A DNA stretch of 64,000 nucleotides from positions 1 through 64,000 of the forward strand of contig JBBTED010000002.1 in the NCBI GenBank assembly GCA_038042445.1, given 5' to 3'. Under the pieces are notes generated by a model. It made no database searches. It saw nothing but the letters and a program-made list of their open reading frames with translations, and was not told where the DNA came from. Position numbers and translations under genes: made by a program. Of this stretch, positions 1-9,731 are shown piece after piece (the stretch's first letter is position 1; each line of letters starts with the position of its first letter). The stretch comes from Candidatus Firestoneibacteriota bacterium. GTDB taxonomy: Bacteria; Oederibacteriota; D2-FULL-39-29; JBBTED01.

Positions 1-1166
1 ACTTGTGAAGAAATACTTAATTGCACAGAAAATGCATCACTCTTTGACAAATCAGGCAATCCTTTTCCCTCTTTAATTGTATTTCCAAAAATATCATCCA
101 TCCCCTGTCCTGAACGTTCTACCAAACCTGCTTTCTCAAAGATTTCAGCAATACATCTATTTCTCCAATAAGTTTTGTGTAAAATGTTTTCCTGTGTAAT
201 ACCTACAGGTAATCCACCAGGACTTTCTATAACAAAATTTTCTGAAGATGCTTTGATAAAGATGGACTGATTGTTTATTGTGTAATTTCTATGTGCAACC
301 GCATTCAATACAGCCTCACGGATAGATTTTTCGTTAAACGCATATACCTCACGTTGAAACAATCCATCTTGAAATGGATAACGTAAATTACGAGCATCAA
401 TCGTTTCCCAAATTGAATCATAAATTTTAAAAAAAGGTTCTCGCCAATTTCTCCTGAAATCGTAGGAAACTTTTGCCGACTCTTGTCTCCATTCAAAAAT
501 TATTTCACTTCCCGGCAATATCTTATCTATTTTTTCCTTTTTGCCAAATAAAATTAAACTTGCATAATTTAACCCTTCATCTGTTAACAACCCTATAGAA
601 CGAAGCATCTTATCGTTTTCAAATGTAAGATAATCGTCTCTTCTTGTTTTCTCCGACCACTTTGTTTTAAAATTTGAAAGAGCATCTTCATCCAAATCGG
701 ACAACTTTAATCCATAAACAATTTTTGCAGAAAAATCTTGCTCAGTTTCACTAAGTATTGTTTTCATTGTTGCCAAATCCATCTCAACCAAAGATTCTCC
801 TGCTCTCATCGGATATTTGTAAGCACCTGTAGATTTCACAATTTGGCCAAACTCTCGGCTTGGGATATGAAAAATCAGCACACGACTTTGAGAATATATG
901 ATTTCCTCAACATCAATCCTTATTTTGAGTTTAGTTAGTAATTCATGAGAAAGTTTATGGTCGCTTCCTTGAAATGCTTTTGTTCCTACGATAAACCCTT
1001 TGCTATTAACTCCAAGAATAAGTTTTCCGCCACCTTCATTAGAGATAGCAGCACAATAATCCGGCAAATCTTCTCTACTATCAAATTTATTTTTTGCCTC
1101 TTTAAATTCAAGATTTATACCCTCAGGCCTCTTTAACCAATTTTCTAATTGTTCTATCGATGTCAT
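1..1166 (-). CDS. AlbA_2 (Schlafen-like) + HATPase_c_4 domain protein, 3' end outside window
   Basis: Not in the ORF track; translated by hand from ATG at 1166: MTSIEQLENWLKRPEGINLEFKEAK...CAAISNEGGGKLILGV (AlbA_2) ... IREAVLNAVAHRNY...IESPGGLP...RNRCIAEIF..GLVERSGQGM (HATPase_c_4). Open to the window edge. Confidence 0.85.
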   Translation of the reverse strand, partial: MTSIEQLENWLKRPEGINLEFKEAKNKFDSREDLPDYCAAISNEGGGKLILGVNSKGFIVGTKAFQGSDHKLSHELLTKLKIRIDVEEIIYSQSRVLIFHIPSREFGQIVKSTGAYKYPMRAGESLVEMDLATMKTILSETEQDFSAKIVYGLKLSDLDEDALSNFKTKWSEKTRRDDYLTFENDKMLRSIGLLTDEGLNYASLILFGKKEKIDKILPGSEIIFEWRQESAKVSYDFRRNWREPFFKIYDSIWETIDARNLRYPFQDGLFQREVYAFNEKSIREAVLNAVAHRNYTINNQSIFIKASSENFVIESPGGLPVGITQENILHKTYWRNRCIAEIFEKAGLVERSGQGMDDIFGNTIKEGKGLPDLSKSDAFSVQLSISSQ

Positions 1167-1328
1167 ATTCAATTGTTTTTCCGTTCCACACAAGTTCAAC
1201 TCCCCACTTTTCTGGATTCCCGCTTACTACACGCGAGAATAACAGGTAATCCCCTAAAGATTTAGCTACAGTTACATATTACCACAATACAATATCACAT
1301 ATTCACTAGATTTCAATACTAAAATAAC

Positions 1329-1463
1329 GTAAGGAATCAGTATTTGGACATTTGTCATTGCGAGCGAATAAAATAAGCGAAGCAATCTCATTTATTTTTA
1401 AAGAGATTGCTTCGTCACTACTGCTCCTCGCAATAACACCCCCGCCCGTAACTAACCCATTAC
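1329..1463. mobile_element. MITE-like element with GTAA...TTAC ends carrying a CGTC-type palindrome
   Basis: Imperfect terminal IRs GTAAGGAATCAGT / ACTAACCCATTAC; 8-bp flanks AAAATAAC / AAAATAAT (7/8); internal GTCATTGCGAG...GAAGCAATCTC...GAGATTGCTTC...CTCGCAATAAC at 1354-1437. Confidence 0.65.
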
Positions 1464-1482
1464 AAAATAATCTCTAACATTA

Positions 1483-1511
1483 TTGCATATTTGTTATGTT
1501 TGGGTTATAAT
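1483..1511 (+). promoter_or_regulatory. sigma70-type promoter of the GT/radical SAM cluster
   Basis: TTGCAT-17 bp-TATAAT just upstream of the first gene. Confidence 0.65.
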
Positions 1512-1528
1512 ACCCAAACTATGGTCTG

Positions 1529-2731
1529 ATGAAAAAAATATCAACCATAAGGAAAAAAACTATGTTTTTATCAATTTCACTTTATTTTATATTTTTGTTT
1601 TTAATATGGTGGGCATTTTGTGGATATTTATATGTTATTTATCTGCTATCCTTGTTTAAAGGTGAAGATAAAAATGCCTCAGCATCAATGGTTAAATCTT
1701 ATCCTTTTATTTCAATACTTGTGCCTTGTTATAATGAAGAAAATTTAGTTGAACAAAAGGTTGACAATTTAAAACAGATAAATTATCCGAAAGATAAATT
1801 TGAAGTGTATTTTTTAGACGGGCTGTCTTCAGATACAACTTATGATAAATTGACAAAACTAATAAAAGATTCCTCAAATATGAAAGTTCTGCAAACAAAT
1901 TGTAAAGGCAAAATAAATCAGATAAATTTTATATTGCCCACACTTAAATCTGACATTGTCTTAAATACTGATATGGATGCTATTATGGAACCTGATACAG
2001 TGCAAGAACTTATAAAAGAATTTGAAAAAGATACTGATATTTATGTGGTAGGTGCTTATGTTGCACCACAAAACTGCATAAATATGGAAAAACATTATTG
2101 GGAAACACAAAACTTGCAAAGAGTACTTGAAAGTAAAATTTATTCCGCTTCTGCTGTAATGGCTCCTTGTTATGCTTTCAAAAGAGAACTGCTTAGCAAA
2201 TTTCCTGAAGATTGTGTAGCAGACGATATTTATATTTCATATTTGGCTAATTCACTTCAAAAGAAAACCAAATACTGCGATACTACAATTGTTTATGAAA
2301 CCAGATGCCCAAACACTATTGAAACATTGATACAGCATAAATTCAGAAAAGCAAATGCGTATATAATGGAACTATTAAGATTTTCTTATTTATTACCCAA
2401 AATGTCCAATAAATGGAAAATTATCTATACAACAAAAATGCTGCAGATTTTATTTATTCCATGGATATTAGTATTTTTTGCATTAAGTTCTATATCCTTT
2501 TTATTAAGTAACCCGGGAACCGTAAAAATAGCTATATTTGCTTTTATGTTTTTGTTAATATCATTTGTATTAGCTCATTATTTTGTTGAAAAAGGCAGAA
2601 AACAATTAGAAAAAAGTAAATACGAAAAAAGATCGTCTATTGCTGTATTTTTACTAACAACACTTGTATTGTTTTTTGCTGGGATTACATATCCATTTTT
2701 CTCACAAACCAGTAATTACAAAAAAATATGA
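1529..2731 (+). CDS. GT2 glycosyltransferase with N- and C-terminal TM helices (CesA/IcaA-like)
   Basis: ISILVPCYNEE, DGLSSD, GK..Q, TDMD (DxD), ADD motifs; hydrophobic termini. Start may be the ATG at 1562. Confidence 0.85.
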   Translation: MKKISTIRKKTMFLSISLYFIFLFLIWWAFCGYLYVIYLLSLFKGEDKNASASMVKSYPFISILVPCYNEENLVEQKVDNLKQINYPKDKFEVYFLDGLSSDTTYDKLTKLIKDSSNMKVLQTNCKGKINQINFILPTLKSDIVLNTDMDAIMEPDTVQELIKEFEKDTDIYVVGAYVAPQNCINMEKHYWETQNLQRVLESKIYSASAVMAPCYAFKRELLSKFPEDCVADDIYISYLANSLQKKTKYCDTTIVYETRCPNTIETLIQHKFRKANAYIMELLRFSYLLPKMSNKWKIIYTTKMLQILFIPWILVFFALSSISFLLSNPGTVKIAIFAFMFLLISFVLAHYFVEKGRKQLEKSKYEKRSSIAVFLLTTLVLFFAGITYPFFSQTSNYKKI

Positions 2732-3414
2732 ATAAATTATTGTCCGTCTTAATACCTGTGTATAATGAAGTCCATACTATAACTAAAATAATTGATAGAG
2801 TCCATAAAGTGCCGTTAGACAAAGAAATTATTGTTATAGATGATGGATCTACTGATGGCACCTCTGAAGCACTAAAATCAATAAAAGAAAGTAATGTTAA
2901 AATTTATTTTCATAAAAAAAATTCTGGAAAAGGTTCTGCAATAAAAACAGGACTACAACATATAAATGGAGATATTATTATAATTCAGGATGCAGATTTA
3001 GAATATCCTCCTGAACAATATCCGGAAATACTAAAACCAATATACGATGATTGTGCAGATGTAGTATACGGAACACGATTTATCGGAATACATAGAGTAT
3101 TTATGTTTTGGCATTATATGGGAAATAAAATTCTTACATTATTTACTAACATACTATACGACACAATGCTAACTGATATGGAAACAGGTTATAAAGCTTG
3201 GACAAAATCAGCTTTAAATGGGATAACACTTAAATCAGATGGTTTTAATATAGAAGCTGAATTAACTGCAAAGTTTTTTAAAAAAAGAACGCTTAGAATT
3301 GTGGAAGTTCCAATAACATATTATGGCAGGTCATACAAAGAAGGCAAAAAAATCACATGGAAAGATGCCATTCCTACAATATTAACACTTATAAAATACA
3401 GATTCCTTAATTAA
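2728..3414 (+). CDS. GT2 glycosyltransferase, DPM1-like (polyprenyl-phosphate sugar synthase)
   Basis: LSVLIPVYNE, DDGSTDGT, GKGSA, QDADLEY, TDMETGYK, EVPITY. Confidence 0.9.
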   Translation: MNKLLSVLIPVYNEVHTITKIIDRVHKVPLDKEIIVIDDGSTDGTSEALKSIKESNVKIYFHKKNSGKGSAIKTGLQHINGDIIIIQDADLEYPPEQYPEILKPIYDDCADVVYGTRFIGIHRVFMFWHYMGNKILTLFTNILYDTMLTDMETGYKAWTKSALNGITLKSDGFNIEAELTAKFFKKRTLRIVEVPITYYGRSYKEGKKITWKDAIPTILTLIKYRFLN

Positions 3415-3452
3415 TAATCTGGTGGAAAAAGAGAAACCATAAATAGAAAATT

Positions 3453-4859
3453 ATGAATATTTTACTTGTATATCCAAAACCAAATCTTAAATTTTATACC
3501 ACACACAGCTTTCCATTAGGAATGGGTTATATAGCTGCGGTTTTAGAGCAAGAAAACCATAATATATTTATTCTTGACCTCAATATCCACTCTGATAATT
3601 TAGAAGAAGTATTAGACAAAAACAAAATAGATATTACTGGAATTTATGCAAAAACAGTCCATATAAAATCCGTATGGAAATTATGTGAGAGGATAAAAAA
3701 ACATAATCCAAAAATTAGGACAGTATTAGGCGGACCACACCCATCTGTATTACCTGAAGAATCATTAAATTTTTCTACAGTTGATATAGTAATAAGAAAA
3801 GAAGCTGAATATAGTTTTAAGGAATTATGCATCAACCTTTCTCAAAATAAAGTATTGAAAGATATAAAAGGTATTTCCTATAAATCAAATGGTAAAATTA
3901 TACATAATCCTGACAGAGAATTTATAAATAATCTTGACGATTTACCTTTTCCTGCACGCCATTTGTTCAATTTTGAAGATTACACAAAATTTAATACCAG
4001 ACCCACATGGAATACACAGAAAAATACAAGAATTGGAACCATAATAACAAGCAGAGGATGTCCATATCAATGTGTATTTTGTTTTCATGGTGTCCACGGA
4101 TATAATTATAGATATAGAAGCCCTGAAAACGTAATTAAAGAAATTAAATTGCTTAAAGAAAAATATAATGTAAATTTTATAGAAATACTTGATGATAATT
4201 TTGCACTTATAGAAGAACGCGCAAAAAAGATTTGTGAGCTGATGATAAAAGAAAATTTGAATATAAAATGGACAGTGCCTGAAGGTTTTATAAGAGCAGA
4301 CAAAGTCTCACAGGATTTACTTAGGCTTGCAAAACAAGCAGGATGTGTAGATTTCTGGTTTGCAATGGAATCAGGTTCCCAACGTGTTTTAGATAACATA
4401 ATAAACAAAAAAACTTCAATAGAACAAATAAAAGAAACAGCGCAAATAGCAAAAAAAGAAGGCTTTGAAACAGGTGCTTTTATATGTATTGGCAATTTTG
4501 GTGAGACTGAAGAAGAAATACTTGCATCTATTAATTTGGCTCGTAGTTTAGATATAGATAAATGCCAGTTTACAATAGTTACACCATATCCAGGCTCTAA
4601 ACTTTATGATGAATTGCACACCAAAAATAAATTACTGATAACAGACTGGGATAAATATTCTCCTTATGAAAATAAAGCGTTTTTTGAATATCCGGAAATG
4701 ACCAAAGAAAAAATAGAATATATGTATCAGTTGGCATTTAAAAAGTTTTATTTCAGACCTTCATATGTTCTGAAAACCTTAAAAAGAAAATCAACTTATA
4801 CAAACTTTAGTTTAATTTTAAAAGAACTTTACCACTTTTTATTTTCAAAAAATGGCTGA
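3453..4859 (+). CDS. B12-binding radical SAM protein
   Basis: PLGMGYIAA, VLGGPHPS, EAE, DDLPFPAR, TSRGCPYQCVFC, ESGSQRVL. Confidence 0.92.
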   Translation: MNILLVYPKPNLKFYTTHSFPLGMGYIAAVLEQENHNIFILDLNIHSDNLEEVLDKNKIDITGIYAKTVHIKSVWKLCERIKKHNPKIRTVLGGPHPSVLPEESLNFSTVDIVIRKEAEYSFKELCINLSQNKVLKDIKGISYKSNGKIIHNPDREFINNLDDLPFPARHLFNFEDYTKFNTRPTWNTQKNTRIGTIITSRGCPYQCVFCFHGVHGYNYRYRSPENVIKEIKLLKEKYNVNFIEILDDNFALIEERAKKICELMIKENLNIKWTVPEGFIRADKVSQDLLRLAKQAGCVDFWFAMESGSQRVLDNIINKKTSIEQIKETAQIAKKEGFETGAFICIGNFGETEEEILASINLARSLDIDKCQFTIVTPYPGSKLYDELHTKNKLLITDWDKYSPYENKAFFEYPEMTKEKIEYMYQLAFKKFYFRPSYVLKTLKRKSTYTNFSLILKELYHFLFSKNG

Positions 4860-5847
4860 GAAAATATTTATAACTGGTGCATCTGGTTTTATTGGTGCAA
4901 ATTTAGCAAGAAAATTAAATGAGTTAGGATACGGACTTTCTTTACTACTTCATAAAAATTCTACACACCCTTTTATTGAAAATTTACCCAATGCAAAAAA
5001 GTTTGTTGGTGATATAACAGACAAACAATCTGTAAAACTCGCAATGTCTAATTGCGATACTGTGTTTCACTGTGCAGCTAAAATTTCTTTTAGCAGATAT
5101 TGTTATGATGAACTTTACAAAGTAAATGTAGAAGGCACACAAAATGTTTTAGAATCTGCATCTGAACTTGAAATAAAAAGATTTGTTCATATAAGTGCTT
5201 GTGCAGTTTTAGGGTATTCAAAAAATAAAAATACAGTTTTAGATGAAAATTCTGAGTCTGACATATCAAAAGAAAATTCTTATGCATATACAAAAAAAGC
5301 TGCGGAAGAAAAAGTAAAAAAATTTTGTGAAAAAGGGTTAAATGCTGTCCTTGCAAATCTTTCAACTGTATATGGTGAAGGTGATATACATTTAAATTCA
5401 GGCTCAATAATAAAAACAATATACAGCAAAAAACTGAAGTTTGCACCTTACGGTGGAACAAGTGTTATATCAGTAAAAGATGTTATTAATGGCCTAATTT
5501 TACTTATGGAAAAAGGCAAAAAAGGAGAAAGATATATATTTGCAAATGAAAATTTAGAATATATAGAACTTTGTAATATTATTGCCAAAACATTAGGTGT
5601 AAGTGCGATAAAGTTCAAATTACCAAATATTCTATATTATCCTTCTTTAGCTTTAATAAATATTTTGCATCCATTTTTTAAAAAAAATTTGCTATTTAGT
5701 CCACAAATACTTAAAGAAAGTTTTGGATATAAATACTTCAACAATGCAAAATCAAAAAAAGAACTTGGTTGGACTCCAGAAGTGGAATTTAAAAACGCAG
5801 TAGCAGATGCATTGGAGTTTTATGACCAAAGGGAATACTGTGACTGA
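4852..5847 (+). CDS. NAD-dependent epimerase/dehydratase (extended SDR, HpnA/DFR-like)
   Basis: ITGASGFIG, FHCAA, NVEGT, YAYTK (YxxxK). Confidence 0.88.
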   Translation: MAEKIFITGASGFIGANLARKLNELGYGLSLLLHKNSTHPFIENLPNAKKFVGDITDKQSVKLAMSNCDTVFHCAAKISFSRYCYDELYKVNVEGTQNVLESASELEIKRFVHISACAVLGYSKNKNTVLDENSESDISKENSYAYTKKAAEEKVKKFCEKGLNAVLANLSTVYGEGDIHLNSGSIIKTIYSKKLKFAPYGGTSVISVKDVINGLILLMEKGKKGERYIFANENLEYIELCNIIAKTLGVSAIKFKLPNILYYPSLALINILHPFFKKNLLFSPQILKESFGYKYFNNAKSKKELGWTPEVEFKNAVADALEFYDQREYCD

Positions 5848-5852
5848 AAGGA

Positions 5853-6656
5853 ATGGTGGAACCAGAAGTGCAAAAAAACAGGGTTAATATAATGAATAAA
5901 AATGATGGATTAAATATAAAAGTAATAGAAGCAAATAAATTTTTGTATGATAATATCGTTAACGAATATGAAACAATAGATAAACGACGTTCAGATAAAC
6001 TTTTCAAATGGATAGATACTAAAATGGAAATGATAAGTAAGCAAACAACAGGTGAATCAATTTTAGATTTTGGATGTGGCACAGGAGTTATAATAAAAAG
6101 TGCAAAAAAATATTTCAAGAAAGTTTATGGCGCAGATGTGTCACCTAAGATGGTAGATTATGTTAAACAATTCTGTGATAATGCATATCTAAGCGATGGA
6201 CAACACCTTCCATTTGAAAATGAATCACTTGATGCAGTTGTGTGTTTTGCAGTTTTGCATCATATATATGACTATACTAATCTTTTCAATGAAATTCATA
6301 GAGTTTTAAAAAAGGGCGGAATTTTATGGACAGACCATGACATTGATATAAATTTTGTGAAAAAATTCAATGTGTTTTTAAAAATTTATTGGGGAATAAC
6401 TAAACCTTATAAAAACTATCTAAATTTTTTTAAGCTGAAAGATGCAGAGGTAAAAAACATATATGAATTATCTGAAATACACTCAGATGGAATAGATTCA
6501 GGCAAAATAATAACACAATTGAACAAATTAGAATTTAGTGATATAAAAAACCGCTATCATTGGTTTGGATTAAATAAATATATCAATATACTAATTGGTA
6601 ATAAAACATTTAAAAAAGGTTATGCCCCATTATTTTCAATACTCGCAAGAAAATGA
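5853..6656 (+). CDS. Class I SAM-dependent methyltransferase
   Basis: ILDFGCGTG, GADVS, LPFENESLDAV, VLHHI, RVLKKGG. Confidence 0.88.
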   Translation: MVEPEVQKNRVNIMNKNDGLNIKVIEANKFLYDNIVNEYETIDKRRSDKLFKWIDTKMEMISKQTTGESILDFGCGTGVIIKSAKKYFKKVYGADVSPKMVDYVKQFCDNAYLSDGQHLPFENESLDAVVCFAVLHHIYDYTNLFNEIHRVLKKGGILWTDHDIDINFVKKFNVFLKIYWGITKPYKNYLNFFKLKDAEVKNIYELSEIHSDGIDSGKIITQLNKLEFSDIKNRYHWFGLNKYINILIGNKTFKKGYAPLFSILARK

Positions 6657-8128
6657 AAATACTTCTTTTAAATCCTCCAAGATTTAATATGATTAAAATT
6701 TCTTCTGATTGGTTTGTTGATTTAGGAGAAATATCATCTTTCCCTCCTATTGGCTTAATGTATATTGCAGGATATTTAAGAAAACATAGTAACTACAAGA
6801 TAAGTTTAGTTGATTCAATTGCTGAAGGTATGTCTTATTCAGATATAGAAATTTTATTTAAAAAAGAACAGCCTGATGTATTGGGAATAACAGCATTTAC
6901 ATTCACATTCTACGATGTTTTGAAAACTATAAAACTTGCAAAAATGGTAAACCCCAAAATAATAGTTGTTCTCGGCGGACCCCATATCAGTATGTTCTGG
7001 CAAGAAACTCTTTCCCATAAAGAAGTAGATTATATTATAGAAGGTGATGGCGAAATATCTTTTTTAAAACTATTAAATTCCTTAGAAAACAAGGATGCAC
7101 TTTTAAAAATACCCGGACTCATTTATAAGCAAAAAAATACGATTATAAAAAATGAACCTGAAACAATTACAAATCTTGATGCTTTGCAATTTCCTGCATT
7201 TGATCTTCTTAATCTTTCAAAATATTACAGTACTCTTGGAACACAAAAGAATGTCGGAACTATTTGCACTTCACGTGGCTGTCCATTTAGATGCAGTTAT
7301 TGCCAGGTGCGTGATAAAAAGTACCGCTATAGAACATCGGGAAATATCGCAGAAGAATTGCAATTATATATTAAAAAAGGTATTGACGATTTTTTCTTTT
7401 TTGATGATATGTTTAATATAACAGCAGATCGTGTCCTCTCAATATGCAATGAAATATTAAAACAAAAATTAAAAATAACATGGAGTTTTCGTGGAAGAGT
7501 AGACCAAGTAAATGAAGAAATGTTTAAATTAGCAAAAGCCGCAGGATGTCGCCTTGTCTTATTTGGCATAGAAGATTATACCAATGAAAATTTAAAAAAA
7601 ATCAACAAGAACATTACAATAGAACAATCCATTACTGCAATAAAATTGGCAAAAAAATATAAGATATTAACAAGCACTAACTGGATAATTGGATTTCCTC
7701 ATCATAAAAGTGAACAGGATATTTACAAATTGTTAAAAACAGCAAAAAAAATAAACTCTGATTATGCTCAGTTTTCCATTCTCCAATTGATGCCACATTC
7801 CAAAATGTACAATGATTGCATAGAAGAAAAAACACTAAATAAAAATACTTGGTCTGATTTTGCAAAAAACCCCACCCCCGATTTTTACATAGAACTATAT
7901 GAGAAATATTTAACAAGAAAAAAACTCGTAGAACTTTACAAAATGTGTTATAAAAAATATTACATCAGATTTTTTTACATTGTAAAAAATATATTTAAAA
8001 CTAATTCTTGGACAGAATTTATGGTAAAATCAAAAGTGTTTTTTAAGATTTTCTTTCAAAAAAGGGAAAAAGATGTCATTCCCGCGAAAGCGGGAATCCA
8101 GAAAAACAGCAAAAAACTGGATTCCTAA
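6653..8128 (+). CDS. B12-binding radical SAM protein (C-terminus encoded by a repeat)
   Basis: PPIGLMYIA, VLGGPH, GDGE, TSRGCPFRCSYC; ends ...DVIPAKAGIQKNSKKLDS. Confidence 0.92.
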   Translation: MKILLLNPPRFNMIKISSDWFVDLGEISSFPPIGLMYIAGYLRKHSNYKISLVDSIAEGMSYSDIEILFKKEQPDVLGITAFTFTFYDVLKTIKLAKMVNPKIIVVLGGPHISMFWQETLSHKEVDYIIEGDGEISFLKLLNSLENKDALLKIPGLIYKQKNTIIKNEPETITNLDALQFPAFDLLNLSKYYSTLGTQKNVGTICTSRGCPFRCSYCQVRDKKYRYRTSGNIAEELQLYIKKGIDDFFFFDDMFNITADRVLSICNEILKQKLKITWSFRGRVDQVNEEMFKLAKAAGCRLVLFGIEDYTNENLKKINKNITIEQSITAIKLAKKYKILTSTNWIIGFPHHKSEQDIYKLLKTAKKINSDYAQFSILQLMPHSKMYNDCIEEKTLNKNTWSDFAKNPTPDFYIELYEKYLTRKKLVELYKMCYKKYYIRFFYIVKNIFKTNSWTEFMVKSKVFFKIFFQKREKDVIPAKAGIQKNSKKLDS

Positions 8129-8167
8129 TCAAAGCTTGCCCTCGTGAAAACTGGGATTGGGAATAAC
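8075..8167. repeat. CGTC-type palindromic repeat with dRS3-like core
   Basis: GTCATTCCCGCGAAAGCGGGAATCCAG...CTGGATTCC...GGGAATAAC; core matches ATTCCC-N8-GGGAAT. Half copies at about 1212-1243 and 13337-13368. Confidence 0.85.
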
Positions 8168-8178
8168 ACGAATAGATT

Positions 8179-9534
8179 ATGAAAAAGGCTTTGAATTTAA
8201 ATTATTTGCTTGCTCTTTTATTGTTAGTTATTATTGTATTTTTTGCATATATGCCTGCAAGTAAACTTTTCTTCCGCAACGATGATTGGGATTTAGCAAA
8301 AGTATTAGAATCTAAATTGCATAACTTAAATGATTTTCTTCATTATTTAATTTACTATAATGGTGACTTGCAAATCAGACATTTTGTGCCTATAAGTTTG
8401 GGAACAACAGCATTAGAATATTTAGTTTTTGGAAACACCTTTCAACTTCATTATTACTTTTCGCTTTTTTTACACTTATGTAATATCTTACTTGTATATT
8501 TTGTTTGTTTTAAAATATATCCTAATCGCAAAACTGCATTAGCAAGCTCAATATTATTTGCTTCTTCTAACGTATATGCCGACACAATATTCTGGACACT
8601 ACAAATCACGTATATTCATATTACTACATACACACTTATTTCCATATTTCTTCATCCAGCTTTAAACAAATCTGCAACAAGAGTATCTAATATTCTATTT
8701 TATATATTTACAGGACTCGCACCTTTTGTATATGAACTTGGATTTATCACTATACTTTTATCTATTGCTATGTTAGTTATAAACAAACCAATTAAAATCA
8801 AACAATTTATTGTGTTAGTTATAATATTAATGCTGCCTTTTCTTGTAAAAATAATGGTAAAACCCATAAATGCAGGAGTTTATTTTTCCGGTTTTTCACA
8901 ACTTATTTACAATATTTTTATAGGATGTATAAAACTCCTGTTAGGTTTTTTGGGTGCTATTTTTGAAATAAAAGTGACTGATACACTATATATATTAAAT
9001 CCTGCTTTTCCCACCCCACTCACAATTATTGCAATTTTATTTTTGTTAATTACTACTTTTTACACTTTTAAATTTATAAAAAATCCAAGTATTTCAAGAA
9101 ATTTAAAAACTTTATGTGTGATTTTTTTTATTGTGTCATTAAGTCCGTTTTTTATAGCATCTTTTGCGTATCATCCATCTAATCCAAACCCTGATTTAAG
9201 CCACCAAATGCCACGTTATTTTTATTTTTCCGCAGCATTAATTTCTATACCATTAGCACAAATTTTTGTATCTAACATACAAAATAACAAATTTTTGATT
9301 GTTTTTTTTATTTATATTATTTTTTCAGGAATGTTTTCTGTAAATAGTTATATAAACACTCTTAAACCATATACTGATGATATGAAAAATGCTATAACTG
9401 TTTTTGAAAATACAGGTAAGTTTCCAGTGAGAGAACATTACGGCACAGGTGTTAACAGTTATAGACTTGATTGGTCATTTAATGAAGAAAGTATAAAAGC
9501 TTATTTAAAATTAAGTGGTAGCCGCAGGCTTTAG
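8179..9534 (+). CDS. Polytopic membrane protein, probable GT-C fold glycosyltransferase
   Basis: About 10 hydrophobic segments; acidic DD pair (FRNDDW) after TM1; YEL and RYFY motifs. Confidence 0.6.
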   Translation: MKKALNLNYLLALLLLVIIVFFAYMPASKLFFRNDDWDLAKVLESKLHNLNDFLHYLIYYNGDLQIRHFVPISLGTTALEYLVFGNTFQLHYYFSLFLHLCNILLVYFVCFKIYPNRKTALASSILFASSNVYADTIFWTLQITYIHITTYTLISIFLHPALNKSATRVSNILFYIFTGLAPFVYELGFITILLSIAMLVINKPIKIKQFIVLVIILMLPFLVKIMVKPINAGVYFSGFSQLIYNIFIGCIKLLLGFLGAIFEIKVTDTLYILNPAFPTPLTIIAILFLLITTFYTFKFIKNPSISRNLKTLCVIFFIVSLSPFFIASFAYHPSNPNPDLSHQMPRYFYFSAALISIPLAQIFVSNIQNNKFLIVFFIYIIFSGMFSVNSYINTLKPYTDDMKNAITVFENTGKFPVREHYGTGVNSYRLDWSFNEESIKAYLKLSGSRRL

Positions 9535-9719
9535 AGCCTGTGCCAAAACCCTATTTTGTCATCCTGAACGCAGTGAAGGATCTCGTTTTTAAAGGGCTTT
9601 AAAGCGAGATTCTTCGGCTACTGCCTCAGAATGACACCTTTTGGCACAAGCTCTTTAGCCTGCGATTTCAAAAACGTAAATTTCAGTATGCAAGAACGCA
9701 GGCTAAAGCCTGCGACTAC
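9518..9719. repeat. GTAG-type REP doublet interrupted by a MITE
   Basis: GTAGCCGCAGGCTTTA[insert]TTTAGCCTGCG...CGCAGGCTAAAGCCTGCGACTAC; intact relatives at 16187, 26983, 44509. Confidence 0.85.
9534..9653. mobile_element. 120-bp MITE with GAG...CTC ends carrying a CGTC-type palindrome
   Basis: TIRs GAGCCTGTGCCAAAA / TTTTGGCACAAGCTC (14/15); TTTA duplicated at 9530-9533 and 9654-9657; internal GTCATCCTGAAC...CTCAGAATGAC at 9558-9635. Confidence 0.85.
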
Positions 9720-9731
9720 AATATAGAAAAA

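Noticed and set aside
305..1136. Three short track ORFs (305-496, 738-938, 945-1136)
   Set aside because: They are shadows of the longer minus-strand AlbA_2-ATPase gene.
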